NCBI GenBank assembly: GCA_021740225.1
Contig: JAIPAF010000001.1
Coordinates: 1-41,392, forward strand
DNA: 41,392 nt
Reading direction: 5' to 3'
Origin: Bacteroidales bacterium
Lineage (GTDB): Bacteria; Bacteroidota; Bacteroidia; Bacteroidales; UBA12077
The number at the start of each line of letters is the position of its first letter. Positions within the stretch are counted from its first letter, which is position 1. The translations under genes were made by a program, and so were the position numbers. Shown one piece after another: positions 1-9,439 of this stretch. The notes under the pieces are model-generated. The model searched no databases. It had not been told where the DNA came from and was given only the letters and a program-made list of their open reading frames with translations.

Positions 1-1
1 T

Positions 2-71
2 GCCCTCGTAGAGGGCCAATAGCGATAGAAAATATGGATCCGCCTCTACCCCGCGCCTCGTAGAGTGCGCG
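2..71. repeat. REP-like GTAG palindromic cluster
   Basis: CCTCGTAGAG occurs twice (4-13, 56-65), each inside a hairpin (GCCCTC-GTA-GAGGGC; CGCGCCTC-GTA-GAGTGCGCG). GTAGAGG (8-14) is also inverted against CCTCTAC (43-49). It may continue beyond the window edge. Confidence 0.5.
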
Positions 72-241
72 ATAGATTGTGGATTGTCTGCATTGTATAG
101 CAATTTATATAGAATTCGTATCTTTTATCCAATCCCTGCGCTTTTAAATCCCATTCTATTCCAATTTTCTGGGGTGTTCCTTATTTATTATGAAATTTTG
201 TATTTTTATTTCCCCATAACCCAATAAAACCTGAGAACATA

Positions 242-1063
242 ATGAAAAAGAAAACACTGAACATCATTACTCTGTTGACGGTGCTGCTTTCGGTAGCACT
301 GGCCATTGTTTCTTATTTCGGTGCCTTTGTGGAAGGCACCTATGCCCGTGATTCTGAATCCATGGGAGCTCAGGGGATGGGCCAGGATATGGTGAATCTG
401 TTTGTGGCGGTCCCTTTGATAATTGTCTCTCTGATTCTTATTTACAGAAATATAAAAGCGGGCTGGTTCCTTCTGACAGGCTCCGTTTTTTATGTGCTCT
501 ATTCATTTTTCATATATGCCTTCGGGGTGTATTTCAACCAGCTCTTTCTTCTTTATTGCCTCATCCTGGGATTATCGCTGTATACCTTTATATATATGCT
601 CTATGAAATGAATGGTATGGATATTCACGGTTGGTTTGCCGAAAAGGTTCCGGTTCGCCTCACCGGATATTATTTTATTCTTATTGCCATACTTTTTTAC
701 GGGCTCTGGCTGAAGGATGTCATTCCCGCCATAGTGAATGATACCGTTCCTGAGAGTGTAAGCAAATATAACCTACTGGTCAATCCGGTTCATGTTTTGG
801 ATATCGGCATTGTATTACCGGGCTTAATCATTGCTGCCTTTTTGCTGATGAAAAATTACCGGCTTGGGTTGATACTGGCACCTACCCTGTTGGTCTTTAT
901 CATTTTGCTTGCCATTGCATTGATTGGCATGACCCTTATGTTGCAGGTAAAAGGCATCAGTGATGATACCTCCGTGGCCGGAATATTTTCCTTTATGGCC
1001 ATCATCAGCATCGGTTTCCTGTTGATGTTTTTGAGGAAGTTGAAGGGAAAAGACGACCAATAA
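242..1063 (+). CDS. Hypothetical integral membrane protein (about 7-8 TM helices)
   Basis: 273-aa ORF of alternating hydrophobic segments with a few polar motifs (GQDMVNL, NPVHVLD). AT-rich leader precedes the ATG. Confidence 0.8.
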   Translation: MKKKTLNIITLLTVLLSVALAIVSYFGAFVEGTYARDSESMGAQGMGQDMVNLFVAVPLIIVSLILIYRNIKAGWFLLTGSVFYVLYSFFIYAFGVYFNQLFLLYCLILGLSLYTFIYMLYEMNGMDIHGWFAEKVPVRLTGYYFILIAILFYGLWLKDVIPAIVNDTVPESVSKYNLLVNPVHVLDIGIVLPGLIIAAFLLMKNYRLGLILAPTLLVFIILLAIALIGMTLMLQVKGISDDTSVAGIFSFMAIISIGFLLMFLRKLKGKDDQ

Positions 1064-1146
1064 ACTCTAAAGAAACTTGCTTATTTTTGCCAGCAATTTC
1101 TTTGTGTCAATTAAACTCAGCAATTTTTATCTTATGGTGAAGATGT

Positions 1147-1551
1147 TCAATTTACCACCTGTTCTTCTTGTTTCTCTTCTGTTTTTTCTTTCTGTTCTTC
1201 TTTCTGTTTTTCTTTCTGCTGAAGGATATCCAGGAGTTCTATCAGTTTATCCGATTCTTTATCCAGTTCTTTAAATTTATTCCGGGCTTCCTCCAGCTTA
1301 TTTTTTTTCTTTAAACCGGGAATATCCCTGACAATTTGATGTATCTTTTCATGCAGATCCACGAACTTTTTCATTTCGGGATACTCTTTATAGGCTTCCC
1401 ACCCGTAGTTGTTGATCCATTGGCCCAGTATACAACTATCCGAGGAGACAATCTTGTTTTCATCCAATTCATCCAGGCCGAGCAAAAAGGCCTTGAGTTT
1501 CATTTTCCACATTCGGTGTTTGTGTTTGGCATAGAAAAAGTTAAGTTCCAT
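1147..1551 (-). CDS. Stand-alone CZB (chemoreceptor zinc-binding) domain protein
   Basis: H..W (HRMWK), C.LG.W (CILGQW) and H...H (HEKIH) give the 3His/1Cys CZB pattern. Q/E/K-rich tail. Confidence 0.85.
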   Translation of the reverse strand: MELNFFYAKHKHRMWKMKLKAFLLGLDELDENKIVSSDSCILGQWINNYGWEAYKEYPEMKKFVDLHEKIHQIVRDIPGLKKKNKLEEARNKFKELDKESDKLIELLDILQQKEKQKEEQKEKTEEKQEEQVVN

Positions 1552-1564
1552 ATGCTCTGCTGTT

Positions 1565-3343
1565 TTAGTTTTTATTATCCAGTCTTTGGTTATTATATTG
1601 ATGATCCGTCAGCTTTTTTTCTGCTTTCTCCAGCTGGCTCATCCAGGTATTGAACATCAGTTCAATTTCCCCTTCATAGAGCTGCTTGGTTTCTTCGTCT
1701 TTTTTCTTCTGAGCTTCCTTCATCTGTTCCAGCCGCTCCAGTTTTCTCTGGTTTTCAGCATTGAGTTCTTCAATTTCCTTTTTTTGTTGTTCATCTTTTT
1801 CCTGCAGGGAATCCTGGGTGGCACGTAATTCTTCAATGTTCTGCTTCAATTCTTCATCCCGGGAGCGAATCTCTTCCATCTGTTGCCGGACTTCTTCTTC
1901 CGCTTTTTTTCTTTCCGTGATGTCCCTGATCATGCCAAGGAACAGTCTTTTATTCTCGAGCCATACCTCCTCTACTCTGAGTTCAACAGGGAATTTCGTG
2001 CCATCTTTCGTGATTCCCTCTTCTTCACGGGCTTTTCCTATTATGTGTTTTTCGCCTGTTCGCAAATATCTGTTGATATAGGTATCATGCTGTTTGGCAT
2101 GTTTACCAGGCATCAGCATTTTTACATTTTTCCCGGCCACTTCATCGGCACTGTATCCGAAGATTTTTTCCGCCGAAGGGTTGAATTGATCAATAAGTCC
2201 ATTTTCATCGATGGTGATGATGGCATCCATAACATTTTCAAAAATCATCTTGGATTTGGCCTGACTTTGTTCCAGCGATTCCTGGGTAGTTTGCATTTCC
2301 TCCATATTCTGCCGCAGCTCTTCTTCCTGGGATGCCAGTTCTTCGGCCTGCTGCTGCGATTTTCGAAGCAATTCATTGGTTCGCTGGTTAATCTTGATAG
2401 ATGACAGGGTAGATGCAACACTTTCTCCTATGCGTTCCACAAAATTTCTTTGGTACTGTTCTATGGGCTTGAAAGAAGCCAGTTCAATGACACCATGCAC
2501 TTTATCCTCCAGCTTTAAAGGAACGATAAAAAGGTAATTCGGATTGGCCTCCCCCAACCCGGAAGTAATATAGATATAGTCTTGGGGTATTTCCGACATA
2601 TAGATGGATTCCTTCTCGATAGCACATGTTCCCACAAGGCCTTCCCCCCATTCAATGCTTTTGGTCTTGTATTTTCTGCGATTAAATGCATAGGAGGCTG
2701 CCAGTTCAAAATAGCTGGATTGGCTTTGCTCCTGATTGGAACTGTCTTGCTGGTCAGGATCCTCACTTTCCTCTTCATGAAGTATAAACAGTCCGCCCTG
2801 ATTGACATCCAGATATTTCACGAGGTTACTGATTACATGGTAGGATAATTCATAGAGGTCATTCCCTTTATCTTTGCGCAATATATCATTAAACATCGCT
2901 ACACCCTCAGAAATCCAGTTTCTTTGTTCATCTTCCTTCTGGCGTTTAATTGCTTCCAGCTCGTTTTGCTTCATTTTGTCACGCAGGTTTATCAATACTT
3001 GACTGATTGATGTATTTTCCCGGATGTCCAATTCTGCATCAAGATTTCCTTCCTCCAGTTCTTTGCTATACTGCATGGCTTTATCCTGAATTTCCCTCAT
3101 TCGCTGATTATCTTTATCCAGCTTTTCCTTTTTCCTGATACATCTGGTATAATAACGAGCTGCCCATACAAATCCTCCTAATATTGCATAAAACATCCAT
3201 ATTAATGGATTGGAAGCATGCAACTGACTGAGATTCTGAAATGAAAAATGTTCGTTGGTAATCCACATGCTCATCAAATTCGCAAAAATGATCAGTACTA
3301 TAGCTAAAACCACGCTTACTTGATATACAGACATTGATTTCAT
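1565..3343 (-). CDS. Membrane-anchored GAF + FixL-like heme-PAS + coiled-coil sensor, no catalytic output domain
   Basis: Two N-terminal hydrophobic helices; GAF (GEGLVGTC...IVPLKLEDKVHGVIELASF); PAS (DAIITID...FNPSAEKIFGY...LMP...HDTYINRY...HIIGKAR...DGTKFPVEL...DITERK); EELxQNxEE coiled-coil motif twice. Confidence 0.85.
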   Translation of the reverse strand: MKSMSVYQVSVVLAIVLIIFANLMSMWITNEHFSFQNLSQLHASNPLIWMFYAILGGFVWAARYYTRCIRKKEKLDKDNQRMREIQDKAMQYSKELEEGNLDAELDIRENTSISQVLINLRDKMKQNELEAIKRQKEDEQRNWISEGVAMFNDILRKDKGNDLYELSYHVISNLVKYLDVNQGGLFILHEEESEDPDQQDSSNQEQSQSSYFELAASYAFNRRKYKTKSIEWGEGLVGTCAIEKESIYMSEIPQDYIYITSGLGEANPNYLFIVPLKLEDKVHGVIELASFKPIEQYQRNFVERIGESVASTLSSIKINQRTNELLRKSQQQAEELASQEEELRQNMEEMQTTQESLEQSQAKSKMIFENVMDAIITIDENGLIDQFNPSAEKIFGYSADEVAGKNVKMLMPGKHAKQHDTYINRYLRTGEKHIIGKAREEEGITKDGTKFPVELRVEEVWLENKRLFLGMIRDITERKKAEEEVRQQMEEIRSRDEELKQNIEELRATQDSLQEKDEQQKKEIEELNAENQRKLERLEQMKEAQKKKDEETKQLYEGEIELMFNTWMSQLEKAEKKLTDHQYNNQRLDNKN

Positions 3344-3408
3344 GGTTCTTAATTTTTTTTAGATAAACTAATTATTGGAAACATTAGTAATTTCAGTCAT
3401 TTTTCATG

Positions 3409-3416
3409 CAAAGCTA
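3409..3416 (-). promoter_or_regulatory. Bacteroidota -7 promoter element for the GAF-PAS/CZB pair
   Basis: TAGCTTTG on the minus strand matches TAnnTTTG, about 65 nt upstream of the ATG at 3343. Confidence 0.55.
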
Positions 3417-3864
3417 TAAAGGGGCACATAAGTGGGAAACAGGTTTTTCCCTGAATTTAATAAAATAGGGGATTTACTTGAGAAGATACCAAAAGCAATT
3501 AAACTATACCAGTTTTTTGCATTGGGACACCCTGAAATTTTTGCGTCAGAATTATTCATGAATAATTCGGGCTTAGTTCCGTCGTGGCGCCGAAGAAATT
3601 TTCTACATACCTTAGATATTTATTCGCGCCACATGGAGGAACGGGGAAGAATTCGAGAAATTAGATTTGTGCCAAATGATTTTCAGGTCTAGCGTTTTTT
3701 GTTTACTTTTTTTGGTAATGAAAAAAAGGAAAACATAAAGCTAAGCTACTTTACTCTGAACATGGGACTTATCATCAGGTTAAGAGAAATTTGTTTGCAG
3801 CTAAAGCTGCGGTAAGAATAATGCAGGTTAGGTAGTAACAAGCATTTGGTAGGCCAATATAATC

Positions 3865-4947
3865 TCAGTCCAGTTCAATCGCATTATTTTTAACGGCATA
3901 AATTACCAGGTCGGCTGTGTTTTTCGAGCCCGTTTTTTCCAGCAGGCTCGTTCGGTGTGAGTCAACGGTTTTCACGCTCACATACATATGATCTGCAATC
4001 TCCTGGTTGGTCATCCCCCGGCAGATGTATTGAAGCACCTCAATCTCCCTTTTGGTTAATCCCTCTTCGTTCTTGAACTCCTGCTCTTTGGTCTCTTTAT
4101 CAAATTCACTGGCCAGTTTTTGCGCCATTTCATCCGGTATCGTTTCTTTATTTTGGATAATCCCATTAATCGTTTTGTTCAGGTCCTCCAGGGGATATAA
4201 TTCCCCGGAATAATCAAATCCCGGATCGCTTAACCCAACCATACCCAGCACGGCTTTTTCGTTATTCAACGTGGTTATACCCCCGGAGCTTTCCACTTCT
4301 ATATACTGATTATTTTTTTTTAGCAAGCGGAACTTTTGATGAAATCTTTTCTGGACTCCTCTTTCACACTTTCTGAGGGCTGAATAAAAATCCTCCTTGT
4401 CCTCAGGATGAATCAGATCTTGAAGAAAAATATGATCCAGTTCTTGTTTCTGGTATCCACATATTTCGGCAAACTTCGGATTAGAGAATACAATCCGGTC
4501 ATTCTGGGATATGAAGATGCCGATCATCGAGTTGTTCAACAACCCATGAAAATTTTCATGGGTTTTGTCAAGTAATTTTTGATATTTGGCAAGTCTTGTC
4601 TGAATAGCAGTTAACAACTCATCAAAATCAAAAGGCTTGGTAATGTAATCATCGGCCCCCAGATTCATGCCGGCCCGGATGTCTTCTTTTTCCGTTTTTG
4701 CCGTCAGGAAAATAAAAGGGAGTGGTTCTGTGGAAGGATTTTGCTGCAGCGTGTTATAAATCTGATAGCCGTCAAGCTGAGGCACGGCTATGTCACACAA
4801 TATCAGATCAGGTATTTCATCCATGGCTTTCTTGATTCCGGTCAAACCATCTTCAGCCTGAAGTGCCTTATATCCCTCCTTTTCAAGAAAGTCTGAAGTC
4901 GTCTGTAACAACATGGTATCATCTTCAATGATAAGGATGGTCTTCAT
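3865..4947 (-). CDS. Response regulator, REC-PAS-LuxR HTH
   Basis: REC (ILIIEDD, DLILCD, FLTA, ITKPF); central PAS (IVFSNPKFAEICGY...IHPED); LuxR HTH (LTKREIEVL...GMTNQEIA...SVKTVDSHR). Confidence 0.92.
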   Translation of the reverse strand: MKTILIIEDDTMLLQTTSDFLEKEGYKALQAEDGLTGIKKAMDEIPDLILCDIAVPQLDGYQIYNTLQQNPSTEPLPFIFLTAKTEKEDIRAGMNLGADDYITKPFDFDELLTAIQTRLAKYQKLLDKTHENFHGLLNNSMIGIFISQNDRIVFSNPKFAEICGYQKQELDHIFLQDLIHPEDKEDFYSALRKCERGVQKRFHQKFRLLKKNNQYIEVESSGGITTLNNEKAVLGMVGLSDPGFDYSGELYPLEDLNKTINGIIQNKETIPDEMAQKLASEFDKETKEQEFKNEEGLTKREIEVLQYICRGMTNQEIADHMYVSVKTVDSHRTSLLEKTGSKNTADLVIYAVKNNAIELD

Positions 4948-4959
4948 AATAATCTTTTT

Positions 4960-7900
4960 TTAGGACTCCGGTATTTGGTAAGGAACATCAACCGTGACTC
5001 TTGTACCCTGATTGATTTTACTGTCAATATGAATTTCTCCGTTGAGCAGGTCAACACAGTGCTTCACGATGGCAAGGCCCAGGCCGGTACCTCTTATTGT
5101 TCCCGTGTTATCTGACCTGAAAAAGGGATCAAAAATATGTTCAAGATGCTTTTGGGGTATTCCCCTGCCTTTATCTTCCACCCTGATGGATAATTTTCCG
5201 TGAGACAGACATTTAACATAGAGATTGACCTGCGAATCCGAATACTTTAAGGCATTGGACAACAAGTTGTTTACCACATACTTTAATAAAAACCTATCGA
5301 TCACAATTTGTCGGATTGAGCAATCATCATTAAAAATAATATTGTTTTTACGATCAAAATAAGTTAGGGTTTCTTCCATAATGTTTTGAAAAAAATTATT
5401 TATTTCAATTTGAACCGGATGCAATTTGAGCCTGTTGTTTTCTTTTTTACTGAAAAGAGAGATATCATCCAGCATGGAGTTTAGCATGCTTACAGCACTG
5501 TGTATCCTTTCAAAATACCGGCTTTTTTCATTGCTGTCCAGTCTGTTCTCGTAACGTTGAAACATTTGGATATTGGAATAGATGTTGGCCAGGGGCGTTC
5601 TAAATTCATGAGATACCATTGAGATGAAACGGGTTTTCATGTGGTTAAGCTCTTTTTCCTTTTCCAGCGACCGGTAGACATTTTCTTCCGCCTGTTTGCG
5701 TTCAGTAATGTTGCGAACGGCAGAAAGGACGAGGGGCTCATCGTTCAGTTCAAACAGGTGGGCGCTAACTTCTACCGGAATACGAGATCCATCCCTGGCT
5801 ACATGCCTTGTCTCAAAGGTCACTTGCCCTTGTTCCTGCAGTTCTTTAGTGAAATAGGGTATATGGGATGCAAACACAGGGTCATCAATATCCCCGGGCG
5901 ACATGCTCAGAAGTTGATCCCTGCTATAACCAAGCATGTTACAAGCTACATCGTTGACTTCAATGAAATTCCCGGGCTCTCCTTTATCTGATATTTTATG
6001 AAGGTACATGCCATCGTTGGTGTTGTTGAATATTTGCCGGTATTTTTCCTCCCTTTCTGCCAGGGCCCTTTCCGCATTCTTGCGGCTTGTAATGTCCAGG
6101 ATACTCACCAGAACGAGAGGTTCTTCCTGAATATTGATAAAAGAAGTGGAAATCAACAAAGTCAATGCTTTTTCTTCTCCATTTATCAAAAATGGTAATG
6201 TCCCTTCAATGTTTTCGTTAGATCTGCCGGTCTCGAAGGTGTCCAATACCGTATTGTTCACGGGACATTTACTACAAAAGGGACTAAAGCCACAGCCTCT
6301 CGGATCTTGTAAATGATTTATACACTGTAATGCTGCCCCGCCTTTTAGTCCAATGAGTTTCTCTGAGGAGGTGCCGGTAAATTTCTCCCCAAATCTGTTA
6401 ATTTTTCGAACCCTTCTTTCCCGATCCAACAACATCATAATAAATGGGGCATTTTCATAAATGGCAGCCAGTTCAGCTTCACTCTTTCTAATCTTTTCCT
6501 CTGCCTTTTTTCGTGCAGTAATATCCAGAAAAACCGCAATAGCGGCAGTTTGTTTCCCTTTGGCATTTATAACAGGGGATGCATTGGACAGCACATAACG
6601 GGTTGCATTATTGCCCCGGCTAATTAAAAATTCACGGCTACAGGTCTCTCCATTTGAAGCCGCCCTTATCAGAGGAAATTCCTCTTTGTTGTAGGGAGTC
6701 CCGTCAAGATGAAATACTTGCCGGTTGACTTCGTAATTTTTCGGGTTTACATTGTTTTTCAGATCTTCATAGTTCTCATTTAAAATAGATAGCCCTGCCT
6801 CATTTCCAAACCTCAATTTCCCGGAAGGGGCTTCTGCTATGGCAATTCCCGCCCGGCTATTTTTCATTGCAGCTTGCAAGAGTGCTTCGTTTTCTTCAGC
6901 TTTGTCTTTGGCTTCCATCAGTTCCTGTTTGTATTGTTCCTCCTTAAGTTTGGAATGCAGTAACGGGGCAATGTAATCGCATAATCGTCGGATCAATTTT
7001 TTATCGTTATTGTCATATCCACTTGTTTTATTGGCAAGGGCGATTTGTCCGATTAATATATTATTGACAACAATCGGGGCAACTATGGCGGACTTAAGCT
7101 GCACATGACCTTCCGGAAGATGCAGATTCCCGTTTTGGTATAAGGTTTTTCTTTCTTTCAGAGATTTACCCCATAACCCTCCCCATAAATTTTTCGGGAA
7201 AACGATGCTCTTATCTTCAATCTGACATTCATTCCAAACATCCTTTGTCATAGACTCAGCAACAAGGTCGCCGCTATCATTTATGTATCCAAAATATCCA
7301 TATTCACTGGATAATACTTTCCTGATAATATCCAGCACCTCTTTATAAAAGTTTTTTCCTGTACTGTTGATGAAAGTGTTTGAAATTCTGTTCTTGACCA
7401 GAAGCTCTTCTTCAGTCGTTTCCAATTCTTCATTTTTTTTCTGCAGATCAAACTCAGTCTGTTTTCTACCCGTTATATCCTGAACCATCCCTTCCGATTT
7501 GATAATACTCCCTGATTCATCCCGGATATGTTCACATTTCTCGTGAACATACCGTATTTCTCCCGTATTTTTTCTTATGATTCTGTGTTCTATTTCATAT
7601 TGGTCTCTTCCGTCTTTTATTGATTGCTCATAAGCCTCTGAAACCGCTTTCCGGTCATTTGGATGCACCATATTTAAAAAGGCTTCATAGGTACCTGCAA
7701 ATTCCTGAAGTTCCAGGCCAAATATACGGTATACTTCGTCCGACCAAATCAGTTTGTTATCAGATAGGTCCAATTCCCAGCTTCCAAGCTGAGCAATATG
7801 TTGCGTGCTTGCTAAAAGTCTTTTGTACTGCCGGAGTTCTTTTTCAGTTCGTTTCCATTCGCTGAAGTGCTGTTTCTTTTCATGAATCAATTTTCTGATA

Positions 7901-8163
7901 CGATCACCAATCAGATTCAATCCCTTGTACAATTGACTCAATTCATCATCTTTTTCCGGGATAGAAATTTTTTCCGGAATTTCTCTTTCTGCATATTGAT
8001 TTATGTAGCTGGTAAGGCGATTTAATTGTTCGCTTACATACTGCTTGTAGGATTCCAAATCACTTGTTGCCATGGTGTCAATTCGTTTTTGCTGCTTTTT
8101 GTTTCTCCATTTACTTATATATTTACAAAACGGGAACATACCGGAATATGGTTCAATTCTCAT
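4960..8163 (-). CDS. Soluble multi-PAS/GAF sensor histidine kinase
   Basis: HAMP-like N-terminus, PAS3, GAF (PEGH), three further PAS domains, HisKA (SHEFRTPL), HATPase ([21 protein letters not shown]). No TM helix. Alternative start at 8073 (MATSDLE). Confidence 0.92.
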   Translation of the reverse strand: MRIEPYSGMFPFCKYISKWRNKKQQKRIDTMATSDLESYKQYVSEQLNRLTSYINQYAEREIPEKISIPEKDDELSQLYKGLNLIGDRIRKLIHEKKQHFSEWKRTEKELRQYKRLLASTQHIAQLGSWELDLSDNKLIWSDEVYRIFGLELQEFAGTYEAFLNMVHPNDRKAVSEAYEQSIKDGRDQYEIEHRIIRKNTGEIRYVHEKCEHIRDESGSIIKSEGMVQDITGRKQTEFDLQKKNEELETTEEELLVKNRISNTFINSTGKNFYKEVLDIIRKVLSSEYGYFGYINDSGDLVAESMTKDVWNECQIEDKSIVFPKNLWGGLWGKSLKERKTLYQNGNLHLPEGHVQLKSAIVAPIVVNNILIGQIALANKTSGYDNNDKKLIRRLCDYIAPLLHSKLKEEQYKQELMEAKDKAEENEALLQAAMKNSRAGIAIAEAPSGKLRFGNEAGLSILNENYEDLKNNVNPKNYEVNRQVFHLDGTPYNKEEFPLIRAASNGETCSREFLISRGNNATRYVLSNASPVINAKGKQTAAIAVFLDITARKKAEEKIRKSEAELAAIYENAPFIMMLLDRERRVRKINRFGEKFTGTSSEKLIGLKGGAALQCINHLQDPRGCGFSPFCSKCPVNNTVLDTFETGRSNENIEGTLPFLINGEEKALTLLISTSFINIQEEPLVLVSILDITSRKNAERALAEREEKYRQIFNNTNDGMYLHKISDKGEPGNFIEVNDVACNMLGYSRDQLLSMSPGDIDDPVFASHIPYFTKELQEQGQVTFETRHVARDGSRIPVEVSAHLFELNDEPLVLSAVRNITERKQAEENVYRSLEKEKELNHMKTRFISMVSHEFRTPLANIYSNIQMFQRYENRLDSNEKSRYFERIHSAVSMLNSMLDDISLFSKKENNRLKLHPVQIEINNFFQNIMEETLTYFDRKNNIIFNDDCSIRQIVIDRFLLKYVVNNLLSNALKYSDSQVNLYVKCLSHGKLSIRVEDKGRGIPQKHLEHIFDPFFRSDNTGTIRGTGLGLAIVKHCVDLLNGEIHIDSKINQGTRVTVDVPYQIPES

Positions 8164-8272
8164 TGTAAGAAATATACTTTTAACTAAATTATATAAGTTT
8201 TTAAAACTCCCAAAAATATGCCGGTAAATTATGTAATGCTGAATTCGTTACCAGAGAATCGGGGAGGTGAAT

Positions 8273-8318
8273 AAAAAAACCATTGCATTCAACTTATGCA
8301 ATGGTTCTATTTTTTTTA
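8273..8318. terminator. Intrinsic terminator downstream of tRNA-Ala
   Basis: AACCATTGCAT (8278-8288) / ATGCAATGGTT (8296-8306) stem flanked by A and T runs. Confidence 0.8.
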
Positions 8319-8324
8319 TTAATG

Positions 8325-8398
8325 TGGAGACTATGGGATTCGAACCCATGACCTCTTGACTGCCAGTCAAACGCTCTAGCCAGCTGAGCTAAGTCCCC
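8325..8398 (-). tRNA. tRNA-Ala (GGC)
   Basis: Minus strand reads GGGGACTTAGCTCAGCTGGCTAGAGCGTTTGACTGGCAGTCAAGAGGTCATGGGTTCGAATCCCATAGTCTCCA. Anticodon GGC, G3:U70 Ala identity pair, TTCGAA T-loop. CCA is not encoded. Confidence 0.97.
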
Positions 8399-8414
8399 TT
8401 TAAATTTTCCAATG

Positions 8415-8422
8415 CAAAAGTA
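8415..8422 (-). promoter_or_regulatory. -7 promoter element for tRNA-Ala
   Basis: TACTTTTG on the minus strand, 16 nt upstream of the tRNA 5' end. Confidence 0.6.
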
Positions 8423-8526
8423 ATATTTTTATTGTTGATGGAAAAACTTTTTGAAGAATAACCTGTATTGTAATCGGTATCAATAGGTGGCACCCGTTAG
8501 TGTTGCGGTGGTGTCATTATAATATA

Positions 8527-8534
8527 TATATTTG
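8527..8534 (+). promoter_or_regulatory. -7 promoter element for panC
   Basis: TATATTTG about 30 nt upstream of the start. Confidence 0.55.
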
Positions 8535-8562
8535 TGTATTCGTTGGTTAAGTATTTAACTTC

Positions 8563-9414
8563 ATGCGTATGGATGTGTTTGACACAGTACGGGGCGTTCA
8601 GGAGAAAATATCGGAATTGAAGCAGCAAGGATACGGCATTGGCTTTGTTCCGACTATGGGAGCCCTGCACCGGGGACATCTTTCGTTGGTGGATGCTTGT
8701 ACCCGGGATAATGAGGTTACGGTAGTGAGTATATTTGTTAATCCCACTCAATTCAATCAGCGGGAGGATTTTGAGCAATATCCCCGTGATCTGGACGGTG
8801 ATATTAAGAAACTCGGAGAAGCCGGGGCCAATATTATTTTCACACCCGCGGAGAAAGAGATGTATCCCGAACCGGACAACCGCGTATTTGATTTTGATGG
8901 TCTTGACAAGGTGATGGAGGGGAAGCATCGTCCCGGTCACTTCAACGGTGTAGCCCAGATAGTAAGCAGATTGTTTGACATTATCAGGCCTCACCGGGCT
9001 TATTTTGGAGAGAAGGATTTTCAGCAACTGGTCATCATACGGAATTTGACTTCCCAGCTCAACCTGGATATAGAGATCGTTTCGTGTCCGATTGTCAGGG
9101 AATCCGACGGACTTGCCAGGAGTTCCAGGAACGTTCGTCTGACTGAAAAACAGCGCAAGCATGCACCTAAGATAGCCGAGGCCATCCATAAGGCAAGGGA
9201 TCTGGCCGGAGATTATTCAGTGGAAGAAGTGATACAAAGCGTAACGGAGCATGTAAACAATGATCCCTACATTGATGTTGAGTATTTTGAGATAGTAGAC
9301 GAAAAAAACCTTCAACCTATTGAAACCTGGGATGATGCTTATTACAAGAGGGCCTGCATAGCAGCCTGGGTAGGAAAGGTTCGATTGATAGATAATGTCC
9401 CATATTATTTTTAA
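8563..9414 (+). CDS. panC: Pantoate--beta-alanine ligase
   Basis: FVPTMGALHRGH, SIFVNPTQF, RPGHFNGV, FGEKDFQQ, GLARSSRN, RLIDN. Confidence 0.97.
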   Translation: MRMDVFDTVRGVQEKISELKQQGYGIGFVPTMGALHRGHLSLVDACTRDNEVTVVSIFVNPTQFNQREDFEQYPRDLDGDIKKLGEAGANIIFTPAEKEMYPEPDNRVFDFDGLDKVMEGKHRPGHFNGVAQIVSRLFDIIRPHRAYFGEKDFQQLVIIRNLTSQLNLDIEIVSCPIVRESDGLARSSRNVRLTEKQRKHAPKIAEAIHKARDLAGDYSVEEVIQSVTEHVNNDPYIDVEYFEIVDEKNLQPIETWDDAYYKRACIAAWVGKVRLIDNVPYYF

Positions 9415-9439
9415 TTTTGCATTGGATAATCTGTAAGCT

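Noticed and set aside
1077..1274. Hydrophobic 65-aa ORF resembling a small membrane protein
   Set aside because: It is the antisense of the Q/E/K-rich CZB tail.
3432..3692. 86-aa GTG-start ORF in the sensor intergenic region
   Set aside because: No motifs, and it overlaps the likely promoter and operator region of the opposite-strand gene.
8497..9189. 230-aa antisense ORF over panC
   Set aside because: Shadow of panC with no domain features.
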